From: an uncultured cyanobacterium
Lineage (GTDB): Bacteria > Cyanobacteriota > Cyanobacteriia > Cyanobacteriales > Cyanobacteriaceae
Assembly (NCBI GenBank): GCA_963710605.1
Contig: CAVQBA010000006.1
Coordinates: 320,001-384,000, forward strand
Length of the DNA: 64,000 bases
Direction: 5' to 3'
The notes below the pieces were generated by a model, which saw only the letters and a list, made by a program, of their open reading frames with translations, was not told where the DNA came from and searched no databases. Shown piece after piece: positions 1 to 10,077 of the stretch; positions within the stretch are counted from its first letter, which is position 1, and each line of letters opens with the position of its first letter. A program made the translations under genes and the position numbers.

Positions 1-1
1 C

Positions 2-61
2 TTGGATATAGGTTCAGGAAATGGTCCTGTTGGACATATTTATCCCGTTATTAATAATTAA
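2..61 (+). CDS. thiD: 3' end of hydroxymethylpyrimidine/phosphomethylpyrimidine kinase (partial, runs off window start)
   Basis: Frame from base 2 reads LDIGSGNGPVGHIYPVINN*, matching the ThiD C-terminal IGxGxGPVxH motif; not in ORF track. Confidence 0.7.
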   Translation: MDIGSGNGPVGHIYPVINN

Positions 62-62
62 A

Positions 63-96
63 TTAACTCTTAACTCTTAACTTTTAACTTTTAACT
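63..96. repeat. Heptamer tandem repeat (TTAACTC/TTAACTT), STRR-type
   Basis: ttaactc ttaactc ttaactt ttaactt ttaact between convergent genes. Confidence 0.85.
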
Positions 97-427
97 AATT
101 GTTACCACAACAAGTATCGATACCGAGACTTTTAAGAATTAAATCACTAACAGCGTTGGCGATCGCAAATTCGCTATAAAAACTTTTTTGAAAATCAAAA
201 GATTGCATCTCTGTTACGATCGCAATTACTAAACTACCCAAATCATTTTCGCCTTCTAAACGATGACGCATAAAAATTTGTGATGCCCTTAAAGCAATAG
301 TTTGATTAATTAATTCAGGTAAAAACTCCTCGTCTAACCATTGGTGTAAACTCACCTTTAGCCATTCTTTTTCTTGTTCAGGATTTTCGACAGGAGGTAA
401 AACAATCGGTGGAATAGGTTCAGACAT
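95..427 (-). CDS. Conserved cyanobacterial hypothetical protein
   Basis: 110-aa ORF with WLDEEFLPE and EFAIANAVSDL segments; no function recognised. Confidence 0.75.
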   Translation of the reverse strand: MSEPIPPIVLPPVENPEQEKEWLKVSLHQWLDEEFLPELINQTIALRASQIFMRHRLEGENDLGSLVIAIVTEMQSFDFQKSFYSEFAIANAVSDLILKSLGIDTCCGNN

Positions 428-494
428 GATTAAATATAAATATAAAGATAAATTTTTTTCTTAATACAAATTATATATATTTGCTTGAAGATTT

Positions 495-1070
495 ATGATC
501 GATATTCCCTCCATTATTCAGGGATATGCCCATGGTAACTTTTTAATGGCTGATGATAATAATCGTCTTAGTTGGTATTCTAGCAACGAAAGAACCCTTA
601 TTCCTCTAAACGATCGATTTCGCTATCCCAAATCTTTAAAAAGAGTCTTAAATCAAAATCGTTTTTCGGTGGCGATTGATCAAGATTTTGTGGGTGTATG
701 TGAAGGTTGTGCTAATCGAGAAAGTACTTGGATTTCTGAGGAATTAATCAATATTTATTTAGAATTACATAATGCAGGATGGGCGCATAGCTTTGAAACG
801 TGGCAAAATGGACAATTAGCAGGAGGAATTTTGGGAATTGTTATTCGTGGTGCTTTTATTGGCGAATCAATGTTTTATAATATTCCTGAAGGCTCTAAAG
901 TGGCAATGGTTAAATTAGTTGAGCATTTACAAACCCAAAAATTTATTTTATTTGATGCTCAAATGCAAAATCCTCATTTAGCCCGATTTGGTAGCTACGT
1001 CATTAATAACGAATCTTATATCGATTTATTATCCAAAGCACTTGATTCTAAAGCTAATTTTGTTAATTAA
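495..1070 (+). CDS. aat: Leucyl/phenylalanyl-tRNA--protein transferase
   Basis: STWI, AHSFETW, GESMF, SKVA and DAQ..NPHL motifs. Confidence 0.93.
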   Translation: MIDIPSIIQGYAHGNFLMADDNNRLSWYSSNERTLIPLNDRFRYPKSLKRVLNQNRFSVAIDQDFVGVCEGCANRESTWISEELINIYLELHNAGWAHSFETWQNGQLAGGILGIVIRGAFIGESMFYNIPEGSKVAMVKLVEHLQTQKFILFDAQMQNPHLARFGSYVINNESYIDLLSKALDSKANFVN

Positions 1071-1282
1071 TAATTAATAATTAAATACAGGGATAGCTTT
1101 TATATTTATTGATAAATTACGATCGAAAAAAACACGTTTACACTAAAATTTTTAATGTCTAATTACTGCTTAGTAAGCATGAAGAATGAAAAGACGTTTG
1201 TACCAAAAGTCTGTACTAAGAAGTAAAAAGTATCAATTGAAAATTGTTCGTTTAACTATCAACTATCAACTATCCACTATTA

Positions 1283-2806
1283 ATGATACTTACAGATGAT
1301 TTATTAATCAAATACAAACGTTGTAGTCGGCATACCTTTCTTAATTTTTATGGTGATGAAAGTCAACAATCTCCAGAAAAAGATTTTTGTCTCCAATTAA
1401 AAAAAGAAAAAATCACTCAATCCCAAGAAGTTTTACATCTCTACAATTTACCTCATAACCAACCTAGTAAATTGTCGCAAAAAGATAATTCTCTTGCTAA
1501 TCTAGCTAGTATTACCGAAAAACTAATGTCTGAAGGGGTTGAATGTATCTATCAAGGTGTAATTCAATACGAATTTAAAGACGATCGAACTCAACAAGAA
1601 TTTACTATATCAGGTTCGCCGACATTATTAATTAAAGACACTCAACAATCTAGTCGTTGGGGTAACTGGAGTTATTTTGCGGTGAATACTCATTTGGGTA
1701 GAAGTAACAAAAAAGAATATAAATTAATTTCAGGGTTACACGCTTATATCTTGAGTGACATTCAAAAAGTAACCCCTCAACGCTCAGAAATTGTTTTACG
1801 TAACTCTTCAAGAATATATCGTACTGTTTTATCTCTTTGGATGAGTCGAGCCGAAGAATTAGTCACTCGATGTGCTTCAATGTTAAGTAATAAAGATGAG
1901 CCTGAAATTTTTATTTCTCGTCAACGTTGTAGTCTTTGCCCTTGGTATGATAGTTGTTATACGATCGCTAAAGTGAATCAACATCTATCTTTAATTGCCG
2001 GTATTACACCTAGCCGATTAGAAGTTTTACTTGATGAAGGAATTTATAATTTTCCTTTACTCGCCCAAACTCCTTTATCTATTCTCGAATTACTTTTTAA
2101 ACCCGAAATTGCTCGGGCTATTTACAAACAAACTCAATCTTTACATTTAGATAAACCGATCGCTAAACGTAACAATTTAAGACAAATTCCTACCGCTAAA
2201 ATTGAATTATACTTTGATATTGAAGCTCAAGCCGATCGTCATCTTCATTATTTGTTAGGAGTATTAGTTGTCAACCGGGATACCCAAGAAACAGAATACC
2301 ATAGTTTTTTAGCTAAAACCGCAGAAGAAGAAGAAACTATCTGGCAGAAATTTGTTGAGTTTGTTAATCAATATGAAAACGCACCTATTTTTCATTACGC
2401 TGAATACGAAGCTGAAACAATCAAACTTTTAGCTAATCTTTATCATACTAGTCCTCATCAATTAGAATCGCTCTTAAATCGTTGTTTTGATTTACATCAA
2501 TATTTAATTACTTCTTGGTATTTTCCTATCCAAAATTATTCACTTAAATCTGTCGCTAATTGGTTAGATTTTTATTGGCGAGATCCTATTACAGGAGTTG
2601 TTCCTGATGATAAAATTACTTTAGCAGGAGATCAATGTGTTTTCTGGTATGAGCAATGGATTAATACAAATCAGACTGTTTGGCTTGATTATATCTTGAT
2701 TTATAATTATGATGATTGCTTTGCTACTTACAAACTTAAAGAATGTTTAGATAATTTGTTATCCACACACGAAAATGAATTTCCTAAACTAATTATCGAT
2801 CGTTAA
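1283..2806 (+). CDS. TM0106 family RecB-like putative nuclease
   Basis: N-terminal YKRC.R, CxxCPWxxxC cluster, C-terminal RNase H-like LYFDIE / YSLKSVA / YNxDDC. Confidence 0.85.
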   Translation: MILTDDLLIKYKRCSRHTFLNFYGDESQQSPEKDFCLQLKKEKITQSQEVLHLYNLPHNQPSKLSQKDNSLANLASITEKLMSEGVECIYQGVIQYEFKDDRTQQEFTISGSPTLLIKDTQQSSRWGNWSYFAVNTHLGRSNKKEYKLISGLHAYILSDIQKVTPQRSEIVLRNSSRIYRTVLSLWMSRAEELVTRCASMLSNKDEPEIFISRQRCSLCPWYDSCYTIAKVNQHLSLIAGITPSRLEVLLDEGIYNFPLLAQTPLSILELLFKPEIARAIYKQTQSLHLDKPIAKRNNLRQIPTAKIELYFDIEAQADRHLHYLLGVLVVNRDTQETEYHSFLAKTAEEEETIWQKFVEFVNQYENAPIFHYAEYEAETIKLLANLYHTSPHQLESLLNRCFDLHQYLITSWYFPIQNYSLKSVANWLDFYWRDPITGVVPDDKITLAGDQCVFWYEQWINTNQTVWLDYILIYNYDDCFATYKLKECLDNLLSTHENEFPKLIIDR

Positions 2807-2880
2807 TCGTGAAAATCAGCACTTAGCAGATAATGAGTTGGTTTTTAAGGTTTAACCACCCTTAACCCGTCTTTTTAAAG

Positions 2881-3086
2881 AAGGGCTGAGATGTTCAAAG
2901 GAAGAAGAAAATAGCTATCTGCTCACAATAAATAGCTATCTGCTCAAAACAAATAGCTAGAAGCTATTACTACTCGAATCGAGCGATTTAGATACATGAT
3001 CGTTTTACTATTAAGAAAAAACAGCTACATTTACTGCTATTTCTGGCGTTGTAGAAAGTACAAAAATAAGACATGAAACAGCCCTG
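2881..3086. mobile_element. ~206-bp MITE-like element with ISAs1-like termini
   Basis: Ends AAGGGCTG... and ...GAAACAGCCCTG; flanked by TCTTTTTAAAG at 2870-2880 and 3088-3098; internal AAATAGCTATCTGCTCA direct repeat. Confidence 0.55.
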
Positions 3087-3390
3087 CTCTTTTTAAAGAA
3101 GGGAAACTTGAATGTTGAAATTTATTTTCTTTTTTTCATAATGTAATTGTCGTTACCAATATTTTTTCATTTTAGGTAATTTTTTTGCCTCTTTTTTTGA
3201 TTATGTTAAGGAACATAAAGTTTTATTAAAAACTAAATGGAAGTTAGTTATTTGATAGATGTTAGATAGCTGAAAATGATACCGTAGAAGAGTCAGAGTA
3301 GAAAGTGTAAAGTTCAAGATAACTAGTAAATAATCTAAGTAACTTGATTGTCTTTTATCTACTTTTTTAGACACGTCAAACGTTTTCAAG

Positions 3391-3633
3391 GTGACTGTTA
3401 TGTTGATATCTTTATTTTTAATTCTTTTACTATTAACTACTATTGTTAATGCTGTTTTTTATCAACGTACTCGCCAAGATATACATTTGATTTTATCGAT
3501 CGTTACTGGGATAATATTTGTGATCTGGGGATTAGTAATTGCACATTGGACAATACATATTTTTGCATTACTGGCTTTACTCTGCATTCGCATTCCTGAA
3601 TTTAAAACTAAAGCTGTTAAAGTATATAAATAA
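3391..3633 (+). CDS. Small hydrophobic membrane protein
   Basis: 80-aa ORF with 2-3 hydrophobic segments. Confidence 0.65.
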   Translation: MTVMLISLFLILLLLTTIVNAVFYQRTRQDIHLILSIVTGIIFVIWGLVIAHWTIHIFALLALLCIRIPEFKTKAVKVYK

Positions 3634-3726
3634 AGCTTGGGCGAAAAGGTAATTAATGGATTATAAGAAACTCAATAACCGAAGCTAAAAATACAGTTTT
3701 ATTCATGTGAGTCAAATATTGTTGAT

Positions 3727-3797
3727 GATGGGTTACGGCTAAGTTATCAATGAATTTATACCAAGTTGGTAATCGATAATTACCTAACCCATCCTAC
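3727..3797. repeat. GTAG-type REP-like element (GATGGGTTA...TAACCCATCCTAC)
   Basis: Terminal inverted repeat ending in CTAC; a related 71-nt copy lies at 48098-48168. Confidence 0.65.
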
Positions 3798-3875
3798 AAG
3801 AAATGCTAAAGTTAGTGATAAAATTATTATTACCTTTAATTAGTAAACGATCGATAAAACAGGAGAGAGAAATAA

Positions 3876-4520
3876 TTGGCTAGAGTGAGAGTACGCCAAC
3901 ACGTAAATCCACTAAGTGATAAATACCAACAATCGATCGTATTACCCGATTGGAATCAAGTATATGCTAATTTAGATTTACCATTTCATCTTGATTTAGG
4001 TTGTGCTAGAGGACGTTTTTTGTTAGAAATGGCACAAACACAGCCAGACTATAACTATTTAGGAGTTGAGATAAGAGAAGCTTTGGTCATTGAAGCAAAT
4101 CAAATTAAGACCGAAAATAATTTAGAAAACGTACATTATTTATTCGCTAATATCAATCATAGTTTACAAAATTTATTAGAATCTTTACCTAATAATCAAT
4201 TAAAACTAATTTCGATCCAATTTCCTGATCCTTGGTTTAAGAAAAAACACCATAAAAGAAGAGTTATTCAACCAGATATTGTTAATATCATCCATCAATA
4301 TCTAGCAGATGATGGTCAAATATTTTTGCAATCTGATGTGCAAGAAATAGCGACGCAAATGTGTGATTTGTTTTTAGCCCACGAAGGTTTTAAACCTCTT
4401 GATTCAAAAGTTTGGTTATCAGAAAATCCTTTACCTGTAATGACGGAAAGAGAAATAGCTACTATCAATAAAAACGAACCTATTTATCGTACAGTTATGG
4501 TTAAATCTTATGAGGATTGA
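3876..4520 (+). CDS. trmB: tRNA (guanine-N7)-methyltransferase
   Basis: RVRQHVNPL, DLGCARG, GVEIR, FPDPWFKKKHHKRR and TERE motifs. Confidence 0.95.
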   Translation: MARVRVRQHVNPLSDKYQQSIVLPDWNQVYANLDLPFHLDLGCARGRFLLEMAQTQPDYNYLGVEIREALVIEANQIKTENNLENVHYLFANINHSLQNLLESLPNNQLKLISIQFPDPWFKKKHHKRRVIQPDIVNIIHQYLADDGQIFLQSDVQEIATQMCDLFLAHEGFKPLDSKVWLSENPLPVMTEREIATINKNEPIYRTVMVKSYED

Positions 4521-4718
4521 TGATGCTATTTATTTATCTAATTGGCTTTATCTAAATATTCACTTTTGTAAACATTTTTTCAGTTTAATTCATTAATATT
4601 TGAGGATTCTATTAATATCTTCTTGTCATAGAAACAATCTGTAATCGATCGCTATCTTAAAACAAGAGTAGAATAAATATAATCTTAGTTATCTTCGTAT
4701 ATAATACGATCGAAACTC

Positions 4719-6149
4719 ATGACTAAAATAACATTTCTAACTCCAGAGCAAGAAGCATTAATTCCTGAATACCAAAAAAAGTGGAAAAAGATTGCTTTAT
4801 CAACCGAAAGAATCGATCGAGAAAGTGCGACACAAGCGGTGAAAGAAGCATATAAAATAATGCGTCAAAGTGAACCTGAAATCATATTTTGTGCTAGCCC
4901 ATTTGAAGCTTTGGAGCGATTACAAACTTATGTCGAGCAAGTGAAGATAGTAGAGATATTTGATGAGAATCAAGACAATCAAACTAATCCAGAAGAAACG
5001 ATGAGTGATCGATTTTCTCCTCTTCAATTTACGCTTAAATTTTTTACAGTTATCAAAAATATATTTCAACTAAACAAAAGACAAAGCAAAATTAAAAACA
5101 CGGCAATATATAAATTAATTAATAAAATTAACTCTCAAGGATTAAAATCTTTTAACAAGCAAATAAAGGTTTCTATTCCTGAAAATATAACTAGTGCAGA
5201 TATAAGTAAATAATCATTTTTAAATTCATTACCATTTCGGGCTAAGTCTAAAGAGAGAAAATCTTCAGAAATATTTGATCGTTCATACAAATTAGTAGAA
5301 TCACAACAAGAGTCTTTTGTCAACTCACTCGATAATCTTGAAAAAAGTTTTTCTTGGCTTCCTTTTAATCTTAACCAAAAAATATTTCGCTCGTGGTTAA
5401 CAAATTACGTACAAGGTTTATTTGTCAACATGATTTATGGAGCGGATTATCCTAGTTTTAATCGAATATTTTATTTGAATGTTTCTTCTGAGCAACAAGA
5501 ATTTATGAGGAGATTTCAATTTTTATTAGAAAATCCGCCTGTTTTTATGAGTGAATATGCTAGAAATTGTATTTTTATTGATTTTTGTTTTTCTGTCTTA
5601 AATTTTGACTATAACGATCGACAATGGCAAGTTTTAGAAAATTTGGTACTTGAATGTGGCACTGTTTTTGTTTGGAATAATGTTTGTCTTGTTTGCGATC
5701 GACCCTCTAAAATTTTATTAGATGAAAATAATCAATTTCACGGAGAAGGTGAATCAGCGATAGAATTTGCTGACGGTAATAAAATTTACGCTTATAACGG
5801 TACTTATTTACCTGAAAAATATAGCCAAATCGAACCGAGTCAATGGCAATCTCAATGGGTTTTAGAAGAAAAAAATAAACAATTACAATTAATTTTAATT
5901 AAAGGTATTGGTGCAATTCGTATTTGTGAAGAGTTACCTTTCGAGCAAGTTGATGTGATGGGAGAATATACTTTACTCAAATTCGAGGGTATTGGTCGTA
6001 TTAGAACTAATATTCTTAAAAGAATTAATGCTCAAACTGGCGAAATTAAGGCTGAATTTGTACCGTGGAATAATCGTACTATCACAGAAGCGATCGAGTA
6101 TGCTAATCAATATATATCAGCAGAAGACTTTCCTTTAGTTGAAAATTAA
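4719..6149 (+). pseudogene. DUF6745-like protein interrupted by one in-frame TAA (5211-5213)
   Basis: ORFs 4719-5213 and 5430-6149 share a frame and 5214-5429 is open; N-terminal LTPEQEALIP..W and C-terminal CDRP..H.EGE.AIEF.DG motifs belong to one family. Confidence 0.75.
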
Positions 6150-6213
6150 TAATTATCAATTTGAAATTATACTCATTCAGTCTTAAGTTCCAAGTAGGCT
6201 TTTAAATCTTCTG

Positions 6214-6242
6214 GTAGGGACGTAGCACTGCTACGTCCCTAC
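6214..6242. repeat. Perfect 29-nt GTAG-type REP palindrome
   Basis: GTAGGGACGTAGCA C TGCTACGTCCCTAC. Confidence 0.85.
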
Positions 6243-6279
6243 ATTATAATAATTGGTTTTTATTTAAAATTATTATAAA

Positions 6280-6440
6280 TATAGCTAAATGAATTTATAA
6301 TTGCACTTTTTCGGTTGATGAAAGTCTCCCCTTTGAAGGGGAAAAGCTGTCACCTGAATTCATTTGGCTGTGCTTGTAAGCTCCGTGAGATTCAGAGGGG
6401 TTGGCGAAAGTATAAGTAATCACAAATTCATTCGGCTATA
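6280..6440. mobile_element. MITE-like element with TATAGC-led imperfect terminal inverted repeats
   Basis: TATAGCTAAATGAATTTATAATT versus reverse complement of the right end TATAGCCGAATGAATTTGTGATT; internal CCCCTTTGAAGGGG hairpin. Confidence 0.6.
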
Positions 6441-6468
6441 ATTATCTTTTCGATGATAAATAAAAAAA

Positions 6469-7317
6469 ATGAACGATCGAGGTGTAATTTTAAATCAAGG
6501 TAATGGTGCTTGGGCATTTAGTCATCATGCTCAACGTTTAGCTCGTAGTTTGTGGTTAAAAATCGGCGATTCACCAGCCCCGTTAAATTATGTATTGTGG
6601 TGTGAAGACGATCGATTATACTCAAATATTAATTCTTTTATTCCCTTAAGTGGAATCAAGATTGCCTCAGATAAACGTCTGATAGCTCAAAAATTTATTG
6701 AATATAACGTTGCTACACCAAAAACTTTTTTGATTGAAACCAAAGATGAATTGAGTGATTTTCTGAGGAAAAATAATAATCAACAGTGGTGTTTGAAATG
6801 GCCGACAGGATGTGGTGGAATGGGGCATCAATTAATTAATAGCCAAAATTATCAACAAATTGCCGATGATTATCCTCGACCGTTTGTAGTGCAAAAATTT
6901 GTGCAAATGGAGAAACCAAAAGTTTATCGTACTTATTGTGTTGCCGAGGAAATCTTTGGTTGGAATGTCCGTCAGTATGCTCAAGAAGTCGATCGTGTTT
7001 CTCCTTGGGTATCTCATGCTAACGGTGCAAGATATAATGTTACTAGAAATATTCCCGATGAAGCAAAATTAGTAGCGACTAAAGCACTCAAAGCCACAAA
7101 TTTATATTCTTCTTTTGGGTGTGTCGATTTAATTATTGATGATGATAAATGGAAAGCTCTTGAAGTAGGTACAGATGGTATTTATAATTATGTCGATCGA
7201 GATTTTAATAATTCAGCGTTAGAAGATTTAATTAACAAAAAGTTAGCGCTCGCATTTTGGTCAAAAATTGGCGAACCGCCTTGGGGTAAAGGAGAATGGT
7301 ATTATCAAAAACTATAA
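6469..7317 (+). CDS. ATP-grasp (RimK-like) domain protein
   Basis: SDK..., TPKT, LKWPTGCGGMGH, VVQKFV, GCVDLI..LEV motifs. Confidence 0.75.
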   Translation: MNDRGVILNQGNGAWAFSHHAQRLARSLWLKIGDSPAPLNYVLWCEDDRLYSNINSFIPLSGIKIASDKRLIAQKFIEYNVATPKTFLIETKDELSDFLRKNNNQQWCLKWPTGCGGMGHQLINSQNYQQIADDYPRPFVVQKFVQMEKPKVYRTYCVAEEIFGWNVRQYAQEVDRVSPWVSHANGARYNVTRNIPDEAKLVATKALKATNLYSSFGCVDLIIDDDKWKALEVGTDGIYNYVDRDFNNSALEDLINKKLALAFWSKIGEPPWGKGEWYYQKL

Positions 7318-7544
7318 GTACCTGTGCAAAATTATTTGTACATTTTTTTGTAGGGGTGCAAGCGGTGGAATCCCGCGTCGGCGAAAGACGCAAACGGTCA
7401 GAACCCGCGACGACGGCAAGTCGCAAGGGAAGGCTGACCAAGACGGGAACGTCCACCAAGACGGTTTGCACCCTTTATTTAGTAATAGGTTCATGGATAT
7501 GAAATAATTGTTAAAATGCACAATTAATTTTGTTTACCTACTTA
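7315..7544. mobile_element. MITE-like element with 32-bp imperfect TAAGTA terminal inverted repeats enclosing a nested REP
   Basis: TAAGTACCTGTGCAAAATTATTTGTACATTTT versus reverse complement of the right end TAAGTAGGTAAACAAAATTAATTGTGCATTTT. Confidence 0.65.
7350..7473 (+). repeat. GTAG-REP (GTAGGGGTGCAAG...GTTTGCACCC) carrying nested GC-rich hairpin modules
   Basis: Same outer palindrome as 44011-44033, 47892-47985 and 58075-58147, with the longest insert. Confidence 0.85.
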
Positions 7545-7654
7545 GATGAGAATTAGAATTACTATTAATTAAAAAAATAACTATTAAATTTGAGTGATTA
7601 TAGTTAACAAAGGCTAACTAAATCCTCTTTTTCAAGGTTGTAAGCCTTGCACCT

Positions 7655-9250
7655 TTAATTATTTTTTTTGGTATAAACTCGATAATCAATATCAGGGAAA
7701 ATATTATCTAGTGCCTCTAGTTTAGTTAACCAAGCACTATCAATTTTACGATCGCAAATTTGTTTATAAAGACGATGAAATCTTAGTAAATGATTTTTAG
7801 TTCTTTTCTCAGCATAAGGCACCATTGTACCTGTACGCATAATAAAAGCCCAATCGGAGGACTGTGCCAGTAATAACTCCCTTGCGGCTTGATTTAAAGC
7901 ACGACGCTCTAATTCGTCTTCAGCATATCGATTCGCTAATTCGATCATTCTTTCGGTAGCACTATGTAAATGAGGATAAATCCAACTATTAGTTTCATTC
8001 AACCAATATTGATGAAAACCTTGAAAACCCCAGCTTGATTGAGCAGGTTTTGCTAATTGATGAACCGTATTTTTTTGTAGATAACCCGCTAAATGAGTCA
8101 TTTCGATCGTATCTTGATCAAACCATGTTTTCCTGAATAAAAAGTCGATAAATTGTGGTCCTTCATACCACCAATGTCCATACAATTCAGCATCATAAGG
8201 AGAGACGATTAATGGTTGTTTACCCATCACTCCCATCAAATGTTGAACTTGTAATGCTCGATTTTGTAAAAAATTACCTGCGTGTTCGGCCGCCTTTTCT
8301 GTTGCCCAGTAAGGATCATAAAGCTCTTTTTGCTCTAAATTAGCCTGACGATGAGTGATTTTATGATATTTAACCCCAACATTTTTTCTTTCGCCGTTGG
8401 GCATGATATATGGCTTAATATATTCATAATCAGCTGACCAACCTAAGTCTTTATAAAACTCACGGTAATTACTATCTCCTGGGTAACCTACTTGCGATGA
8501 CCAAACTTGTTGTGATGATTCGTTATCTCGACTAAAAACGGCTACTCCTGTCTCTGTAAGTATTGGTGCATAAGTACCATATTTAGGTCGAGGATTAGCG
8601 TTGGTGATACCATGACCATCGGTGATAAAATATCTTAAACCCGCAGAAGCGATCGCTTTTTCTAGACCTTGAAAATAAGCACATTCAGGTAACCAAATAC
8701 CTTTAGGGGCTTGACCAAAATGTTGTTGATAATCTTCGCAAGCTACTTCAATTTGTGCTTTAACTGCTGAAGGATACATCTGCATTAGCGGTAAATATCC
8801 ATGAGTTGCACCAGAAGTAATAATATCTAAATTGTTGCTATCTTGGAAATTTTTAAACGCAGTAACTAAATCACCTTGGTATTTTGCCCATGTTTTACTA
8901 ACAGAATCAAATTCTTGCTGATAATGTTGGGCTAAGTATTTGATATGTCCATTGTATTGATTATTTTTGACTTCTAAAGCAATTAATTCTTGTAATTTTT
9001 GTAAATATTTTTCGTATTCTGCTTGTAAATATTCATCCTTTAACATTGCAATCAAAGGAGGTGTTAAACTCATGGTGAGTTTGAAATCTACTCCATCCGC
9101 TTTCAGTTTTTCAAATTTTTGGATTAGAGGAATATAAGTTTCGGTAATGGCTTCGTATAACCATTCTTCTTCTAAAACGTAGTTTGGTTGTGGGTGGCGA
9201 ACAAAGGGTAAATGTGCGTGTAATACTAAAGCAAGATAGCCAAGAGTCAT
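7655..9250 (-). CDS. Glycoside hydrolase family 57 (branching-enzyme type, DUF1957)
   Basis: LHAHLPFV, ATHGYLP, GIWLPECAY, PYDAELYGHWWYEG and LLAQSSDWAF motifs. Confidence 0.92.
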   Translation of the reverse strand: MTLGYLALVLHAHLPFVRHPQPNYVLEEEWLYEAITETYIPLIQKFEKLKADGVDFKLTMSLTPPLIAMLKDEYLQAEYEKYLQKLQELIALEVKNNQYNGHIKYLAQHYQQEFDSVSKTWAKYQGDLVTAFKNFQDSNNLDIITSGATHGYLPLMQMYPSAVKAQIEVACEDYQQHFGQAPKGIWLPECAYFQGLEKAIASAGLRYFITDGHGITNANPRPKYGTYAPILTETGVAVFSRDNESSQQVWSSQVGYPGDSNYREFYKDLGWSADYEYIKPYIMPNGERKNVGVKYHKITHRQANLEQKELYDPYWATEKAAEHAGNFLQNRALQVQHLMGVMGKQPLIVSPYDAELYGHWWYEGPQFIDFLFRKTWFDQDTIEMTHLAGYLQKNTVHQLAKPAQSSWGFQGFHQYWLNETNSWIYPHLHSATERMIELANRYAEDELERRALNQAARELLLAQSSDWAFIMRTGTMVPYAEKRTKNHLLRFHRLYKQICDRKIDSAWLTKLEALDNIFPDIDYRVYTKKNN

Positions 9251-9257
9251 AATAAAT

Positions 9258-9298
9258 GAGTAAGGAGTAAGGAGTAAGGAGTAAGGAGTAAGGAGTAA
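9258..9298. repeat. Heptamer tandem repeat (GAGTAAG)n, STRR-type
   Basis: gagtaag repeated about 6 times. Confidence 0.9.
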
Positions 9299-9320
9299 TT
9301 AATTATTAATTATTCATTTT

Positions 9321-9851
9321 TTATTCAAGTAGATTAACAGAAAAATCTAGTGGTTTACCTCTAATATCAGTAACTGCTATATCCCATTGTCCGTTATTAG
9401 CAACTTCAAATGTTATTCTTTCTCCATTACTACTAATTAAAGGATTTCTTATTTCTCGGCTATTTTTAGTAATTAAAGCTCTTTTTTGTTGTGTAGTTCG
9501 ATCGTATAAATATAAACCCGATTTGTTTTCGTCTGCTACCATCATAAAAACCAAATAACGACCATCTTCAGAAATAGAAGGATTAGAAGCAACTTCATTA
9601 AAAGCATTCAAACCCGGTAAATCTATTAAGCGACGTGTTTGAGCATTAAATAGATAAATATCTTGTGAGCCATTACGATCGCTACTATAAGTAATGAAAG
9701 CACCTGAGACAGAAGGATGTAATTCAGCCGATCGAGTATTAAAACTTCTACCGTTATCAGAAAAAGGAAAATTTAATAAACGAGGATAATTACTACAACT
9801 AGTTAATAAACCTAAAAATAAAAGGATTTTAATTAATATTAATAATCTCAT
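9321..9851 (-). CDS. TolB-like (PD40 repeat) lipoprotein
   Basis: Lipobox LLTSC; SSDRNGSQDIYL, PSISEDGRYLVF and NGQWDI repeats. Confidence 0.8.
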   Translation of the reverse strand: MRLLILIKILLFLGLLTSCSNYPRLLNFPFSDNGRSFNTRSAELHPSVSGAFITYSSDRNGSQDIYLFNAQTRRLIDLPGLNAFNEVASNPSISEDGRYLVFMMVADENKSGLYLYDRTTQQKRALITKNSREIRNPLISSNGERITFEVANNGQWDIAVTDIRGKPLDFSVNLLE

Positions 9852-9994
9852 AGTTTCTATTTTTCATCCCTATCTATTAAAACTGAGCAAAAAAACTCAA
9901 AAATATTAATTGCGAACGAGATAAACTCATTTTACTCTTCTTTGTATAATAATTTACCAATAAAGAGCAAACAATTAACTTATGATATTTGAAT

Positions 9995-10024
9995 CTTTAA
10001 TGATTCTTTACCTAATGTTAAACT
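9995..10024 (+). promoter_or_regulatory. Cyanobacterial Pho box (SphR/PhoB site) upstream of pstS copy 1
   Basis: CTTTAATG-att-CTTTACCT-aat-GTTAAACT: three 8-mers at 11-bp period resembling CTTAACCT. Confidence 0.7.
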
Positions 10025-10077
10025 TCGTCAGGTAGTTAGATATAAATAATAATCAGGATAAATAGATCTGAATCTAA

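Noticed and set aside
2909..2960. AAATAGCTATCTGCTCA direct repeats as a mini CRISPR array
   Set aside because: Only 2-3 copies at a 21-nt period with no spacer-length unique sequence and no cas genes; lies inside a MITE-like element
7232..7521. Four overlapping 68-79-aa ORFs
   Set aside because: Artefacts of the GC-rich, stop-poor nested repeat; no protein motifs
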